Under the pieces are notes generated by a model. That model was given only the letters and a program-made list of their open reading frames with translations, did no database searches and had not been told where the DNA came from. A program made the translations under genes and the position numbers. A stretch of DNA of 64,000 nucleotides, taken from assembly GCA_965225855.1 (NCBI GenBank), contig CBDDCK010000001.1:128001-192000 (forward strand), read 5' to 3'. This document shows, piece after piece, positions 59,409 to 64,000 of the stretch; the first letter of the stretch is position 1; the number at the start of each line of letters is the position of its first letter. Source of the stretch: Spirochaetia bacterium (lineage in GTDB: Bacteria > Spirochaetota > Spirochaetia > SP-2023).

Positions 59409-60761
59409 ATGAATGAAAATGTCAATTTGTTGGTCGAAGAGCTTGGTGAGCGCAAAATTCCTTCGCCAATGAATTATGCCTATGGCGAAAACAGCGAGGT
59501 GTTGGCTAGTATCAACGAAATAAAATTTACGAGAGACCCTTCGCGAACTCGGGTACCAGTGCCCAATCGGTTCCAGTGTTTAGGTTGCGAATATCCTATT
59601 GCGATTGAACGCGAACATTCGATGGAATTAGCTGGCCCGCGTAAAGAAATTTTTTTTGATCCAAACAAGACAACAGCAGCAATTGTTACCTGTGGCGGAT
59701 TATGCCCCGGCCTGAATGATATTATTTGTTCTACTGTAAACACTTTGTACAACTGCTATAAAGTGCGCAACATTATTGGCATTCGCAATGGCTACCTCGG
59801 CTTTCAATCGGATTCCCCTACCGTTCAGCTAAACCCAGATGTCGTGAAAACGATCCATAAAATTGGAGGTTCCTTCCTTGGTTCGGCCCGTGGTGGTGGG
59901 AAAAATATTCCCCAAATTGCCGCACGCATTCAGCAACTAGATATCAATATTTTATTCGTTATTGGTGGTGATGGTACCCAAAAAGGGGCTCGCGATATCA
60001 GCGACTATTTAAAAAAGCAAGGGCTCAAAATAGCCGTAGTGGGAATTCCCAAAACCATTGATAACGATATTTTGTTTGTACACAAAACTTTTGGTTTTGA
60101 TACGGCAGTATCTTTAGCCACCCAAGCTGTGGAATCCGCAACTGTTGAAGCCTCAAGTGCTCCCAATGGAATTGGGCTGGTAAAATTGATGGGGCGCGAT
60201 TCAGGTTTTATTGCGGCCCACACGGCCATTGCTTCCCAAGATGCCGATTTTGTGTTGATCCCGGAAGTCCCATTTGATTTGGCAGGAGCGAATGGCTTGC
60301 TTTATCATTTGGAACAGCGCATTGCCAAATTTGGTCATGCCGTTATTGTCGTTGCCGAAGGCGCAGGCCAAGAGTTTTTTGAAGAAAATTCGCGCTCGCA
60401 AGACAAAGGCGGCAACCTGCTCTACAAAGATATAGGTACTTTTTTGCGTGATGAGATCAAAACATATTTTGAGCGAAAAAAAACAAATATAAACTTAAAA
60501 TATATTGATCCCAGTTACATGATTCGTGCAGCCCGCCCCATTGCCACCGATGCCTTCTACTGCGCGCGCTTGGGAACCTATGCGGCGCATGCTGCAATGG
60601 CAGGCAAAACCTCCATGTTAATATCATATTGGAACAGCACATTTATCCATATTCCCATTTCGGTTGCCGTTACCAACCGAAAAATGATTAGCCCCGGCAG
60701 TACTTTATGGAGGCATGTGATTGAAGCAACTGCCCAACCTGTTTCCATGAAGAATGATTGA
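59409..60761 (+). CDS. pfkA: ATP-dependent 6-phosphofructokinase (spirochaete/plant-type clade)
   Basis: AGPR, TCGGLCPGLN, GGDGT, PKTIDND, MGRDSG, YIDPSYMIR. Confidence 0.92.
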   Translation: MNENVNLLVEELGERKIPSPMNYAYGENSEVLASINEIKFTRDPSRTRVPVPNRFQCLGCEYPIAIEREHSMELAGPRKEIFFDPNKTTAAIVTCGGLCPGLNDIICSTVNTLYNCYKVRNIIGIRNGYLGFQSDSPTVQLNPDVVKTIHKIGGSFLGSARGGGKNIPQIAARIQQLDINILFVIGGDGTQKGARDISDYLKKQGLKIAVVGIPKTIDNDILFVHKTFGFDTAVSLATQAVESATVEASSAPNGIGLVKLMGRDSGFIAAHTAIASQDADFVLIPEVPFDLAGANGLLYHLEQRIAKFGHAVIVVAEGAGQEFFEENSRSQDKGGNLLYKDIGTFLRDEIKTYFERKKTNINLKYIDPSYMIRAARPIATDAFYCARLGTYAAHAAMAGKTSMLISYWNSTFIHIPISVAVTNRKMISPGSTLWRHVIEATAQPVSMKND

Positions 60762-61597
60762 TGAGAAAGCCTCCAAGGTTCTTTGCCATTATATGCCTTT
60801 TGGGAATATTTTTTATATCTATTCCTAACATGTGGGCACAAGAGCCTTCTGCTTTAAAGCCATTGGTTGCACAATTTGACTTTACCAAACAAAGCTTTCA
60901 GGTTTTTATCAAAAAATATCTGGAGCCAATATATTGTAAAAAAATAGAAAATCAAATGTTATTTTTTTTGGAGTTGTTGGCAGCTGTGATAAAACAACAA
61001 AAAGAAAAACCGTATTTAAGCCGTTTGGTAGACAAAAAACATTCCCTTCCCAAAACTTATGTGCCAACGGATTTGGTAGCGCTGAAACAATATCCCGAAT
61101 TAAATTTGGCTCGGAAAAATTTGTACTTGCGGAAATTGCTAATAGCTGATATTTTAGAAATGAATCGAGCCGCATTAGCTAGCGGAGTTTCTTTGTTTTT
61201 AGGATCGGCTTACCGCTCTTTCGATTACCAGAAAACTCTTTTTCAGCGTTATACCCAACACCATGGTCTGGCTCTAGCGAATCGTTATTCGGCCCGCGCA
61301 GGCCAATCGCAACATCAATTGGGTTTGGCCATCGATTTTATCCCCATTAGTCGGCATTTTGAAAATACTCCTGCAAGTCAATGGCTACAGCAAAATGCCC
61401 TTTCTTATGGCTTCTCATTATCTTATCCTAAGGGTGTGGAAACTTTTACTGGTTATATTTATGAACCTTGGCACTATCGTTATGTAGGCAAACCAATTGC
61501 AAAACTGATTTCCCAATATTTTGCCGGTTTGCAATATCAGTTCTATTCATTTTGGCAAAAGGCTATCCCAGAATTAAAAAAACGTTATCAGGGCTAA
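60758..61597 (+). CDS. D-Ala-D-Ala carboxypeptidase (peptidase M15B/VanY)
   Basis: SAYRS..YQ, SAR.G.SQHQLGLAID, YEPWHYRYVG. Confidence 0.9.
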   Translation: MMRKPPRFFAIICLLGIFFISIPNMWAQEPSALKPLVAQFDFTKQSFQVFIKKYLEPIYCKKIENQMLFFLELLAAVIKQQKEKPYLSRLVDKKHSLPKTYVPTDLVALKQYPELNLARKNLYLRKLLIADILEMNRAALASGVSLFLGSAYRSFDYQKTLFQRYTQHHGLALANRYSARAGQSQHQLGLAIDFIPISRHFENTPASQWLQQNALSYGFSLSYPKGVETFTGYIYEPWHYRYVGKPIAKLISQYFAGLQYQFYSFWQKAIPELKKRYQG

Positions 61598-61629
61598 CGG
61601 ACAAAAATTTTAGTACGAAAAACAAATTT

Positions 61630-63033
61630 ATGGTCAAAAATTTTCAATTTCATATTTTGATAGCAGATGATGAGCCCAATATTTGTAAAGGGCTGTGTAG
61701 TGCGCTGGGTTCCGTTTCAGCAGACTATGTATTTTTTACCGCAGAAGACGGTGAAGAAGCATGGAAGTTCATGCAGTCAGAGCCCATTGACCTAGCGATT
61801 ATTGACCTGCGTATGCCTAAAATCAGTGGTGAAGATTTGCTAGAACGCATTAAACGCGATTATATGACGGTGCCAGTTATTATTTTAACAGGGCACGGCT
61901 CTATCGAAAATGCAGTCCATGCCATGCGAGCGGGAGCTTATGATTTCTTAACCAAGCCGGTGAATCTGGACCGCTTAGAACTTTTGGTTGCGCGTGCGCT
62001 AAGCTCACGCAATCTGAAACGCCAAAACCAAGAATTGGCTCAAGAAATTGAACGTTTGCGCACCCCAAAAAATGCCCATTTTACCAGTAAAAATCCAGCG
62101 ATGCAGCGCGTATACCAAATGGTGAAACAAGTAGCGGATTCCAAAGCTTCGGTATTGATTACAGGGGAAAGTGGTGTTGGTAAAGAACTGATCGCAGAGT
62201 CTTTACATCGTCTTTCCAACCGAAAAGAACAGGATTTAGTGAAAGTCCATTGTGCAGCTTTAAATGAAGCTTTGTTAGAAAGCGAATTGTTTGGCCATGA
62301 AAAAGGGGCTTTTACCGGCGCCAATCAAATCCGCAAGGGCCGTTTTGAGCTGGCCGATGGTGGCAGCATTTTTTTAGATGAAATTGGCGAAATTGACAGT
62401 GCAACACAAATCAAATTATTGCGGGTGTTGCAACAAAAAAGTTTTGAACGAGTGGGTGGCGAAAAAACGATAGAAGTCAATGTTCGAGTTATCACAGCAA
62501 CCAACCGCAACCTAAAAGAAGAAGTTGCTGAAAATCGCTTTCGTGAAGATTTATTTTACCGCTTGAATGTGGTCAATATCCATATCCCTCCTTTGCGTGA
62601 ACGCAAAGAAGATTTGCCTTTTCTCATTCCCTATTTTTTGGAACAATCAATTAAAGAAAATCGGCGAGTACATATAGAAGGTATAAGCCCGAAAGCTTTA
62701 AAACTTTTATATAATTACTACTGGCCAGGCAATATCCGCGAACTGCAAAATACATTGGAAAGTGCCGTTGTTCTGTGTAACAACCATTTGATTCAACCAG
62801 AAGATTTACCGCCCTATATACAACAGCAAAAAGATACAAATTCTATCCATATCGCAGTGGGTTCCAGTATGATACAAATTGAAGAAGCCGTTATTCGTGC
62901 AACAATTGCTTATGCTGGAGGCAATAAAACGCAAGCAGCCAAAATTTTGCAGATTGGGCGCAAAACTTTGCATCGTAAAATCCATGATCACAACATGGTA
63001 GATTTAATGAAAGCAGGAGATGATAGCAAATAA
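61630..63033 (+). CDS. sigma54-dependent response regulator (NtrC/Rrp2-like)
   Basis: REC domain (ADDE, DLRMP, TGHG, KP), GESGVGKE, GAFTGA, FLDEIGE, Fis HTH. Confidence 0.93.
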   Translation: MVKNFQFHILIADDEPNICKGLCSALGSVSADYVFFTAEDGEEAWKFMQSEPIDLAIIDLRMPKISGEDLLERIKRDYMTVPVIILTGHGSIENAVHAMRAGAYDFLTKPVNLDRLELLVARALSSRNLKRQNQELAQEIERLRTPKNAHFTSKNPAMQRVYQMVKQVADSKASVLITGESGVGKELIAESLHRLSNRKEQDLVKVHCAALNEALLESELFGHEKGAFTGANQIRKGRFELADGGSIFLDEIGEIDSATQIKLLRVLQQKSFERVGGEKTIEVNVRVITATNRNLKEEVAENRFREDLFYRLNVVNIHIPPLRERKEDLPFLIPYFLEQSIKENRRVHIEGISPKALKLLYNYYWPGNIRELQNTLESAVVLCNNHLIQPEDLPPYIQQQKDTNSIHIAVGSSMIQIEEAVIRATIAYAGGNKTQAAKILQIGRKTLHRKIHDHNMVDLMKAGDDSK

Positions 63034-63155
63034 ATTTTAATGTAACGGCTTGTCCTTTTAATGATACTTTCATATAATTTTCATACTTTTAAATTTAAAA
63101 GTGAAATTTTCAGTTTATTTCCCTAGATATAGAGAAGGAAAGAGAGGAGGTTCTT

Positions 63156-63545
63156 ATGAGTAAGAATTTTTTAGTTTTATGTATTGGAGGTATGATACTA
63201 CTTTTATCGAGCTGTATTTCAAGCCAATTCAGTAACCTGCAATATGGAGTAGATACCAGCAGCTACACTGAAGTTGGAGAGCTCAACACACGAGTTTCCG
63301 TTTTAGAATTTATCGGTTATTCCGCTGGTGCGAACTTATTCAATCTTACTGCCCGAACATCTGATGAAAAAACGAAAGCTGCGATTCAAAATGAAATTGA
63401 AGCTGCCGGCGGTACAGCCGCACGTGATATAAAGCTGGTACACAAAGCTACTTTTGGAAATATTATTGTCAATTGGCTTACTATCGCTATATTAGCCCCT
63501 TCTGTAGTGGAAGTAACCGGTACGATTATTTCCGATAAAAAATAA
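63156..63545 (+). CDS. small lipoprotein
   Basis: GGAGG RBS, LLSS-C lipobox. Confidence 0.75.
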   Translation: MSKNFLVLCIGGMILLLSSCISSQFSNLQYGVDTSSYTEVGELNTRVSVLEFIGYSAGANLFNLTARTSDEKTKAAIQNEIEAAGGTAARDIKLVHKATFGNIIVNWLTIAILAPSVVEVTGTIISDKK

Positions 63546-63589
63546 TGAGTGATTGACAATTTACCAAATCTATAAATTTATTGTGATAC

Positions 63590-63625
63590 AATGGGTTTTC
63601 TGAAAATTTCAGAGAACCCATTTTT
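63590..63625 (+). terminator. intrinsic terminator
   Basis: AATGGGTTTTCTGAAA/TTTCAGAGAACCCATT followed by TTT. Confidence 0.7.
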
Positions 63626-63642
63626 GTAAGTCGTATAAAAAT

Positions 63643-64000
63643 ATGAATAAAGTAGCTTGGTTTTGCATTTTATTTTTGCAATTTTCCATAGGCCAGCCTT
63701 TTTCGCTTTTTGTCCAAGAAAACTTTGAAGAAAGCTCTACTAAAACTTTTTATTTATCCAATGGAAAAGAATTAACCATTAAATTATCAAAAACAAAAAC
63801 AATCCTCGGAGAAGGCGAAAATACTGTAATTACTGCAGAACTTTCACAAAAATTGCGTTTCCGTATGAAACAAACTTTTTGGAGCAGGAAATTTTCAGGT
63901 TTTCATTTACTTGAAGATAACGGAAGCCCGTTTAATCTTTTCATTTATTTAAGCCAAAATTACGATGAAAAAACAGAATCATATAATTTTGCTACAACTA
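63643..64000 (+). CDS. 5' part of hypothetical exported protein (partial)
   Basis: ATG 63643, MNKVAWFCILFLQFS..., open to window end. Confidence 0.6.
   Translation, partial: MNKVAWFCILFLQFSIGQPFSLFVQENFEESSTKTFYLSNGKELTIKLSKTKTILGEGENTVITAELSQKLRFRMKQTFWSRKFSGFHLLEDNGSPFNLFIYLSQNYDEKTESYNFATT

Overview
AT-rich bacterial chromosomal segment, most consistent with a host-associated spirochaete. Indicators are the archaeal-type PyrH, spirochaete-style PfkA, DUF5312-like and TPR/Mrr-fold proteins and many lipoproteins; the taxon is an inference. The backbone is housekeeping: rpsA, cmk, xerC-like, valS, tRNA-Arg, rnc, acpP, rpmF, JAB-DinG helicase, mutM, ftn, metB, tyrS, tRNA-Cys, dut, pyrH, lipB, asnB, ruvC, pfkA and a sigma54 activator. 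A TPP-riboswitch-led thiamine/HMP uptake operon unexpectedly contains a 2OG-Fe(II) oxygenase. The most unusual element is a ~2.3 kb cassette present twice (about 957-3270 and 44667-46990). Each copy has a promoter-like region with a poly-C tract in the -35/-10 spacer, then a surface lipoprotein with an acidic VNTR stalk and three ~121-aa repeats that are hypervariable at alternating codons yet identical elsewhere, then a 3' array of covarying palindromes and 21-bp repeats. Each copy ends against a truncated convergent gene (an EAL-HDOD gene and a restriction-endonuclease relic). This suggests a self-contained, recombination-propagated variable surface-antigen system. Several decayed genes point to ongoing genome erosion. 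All family assignments come from motif recognition; no database searches were run.
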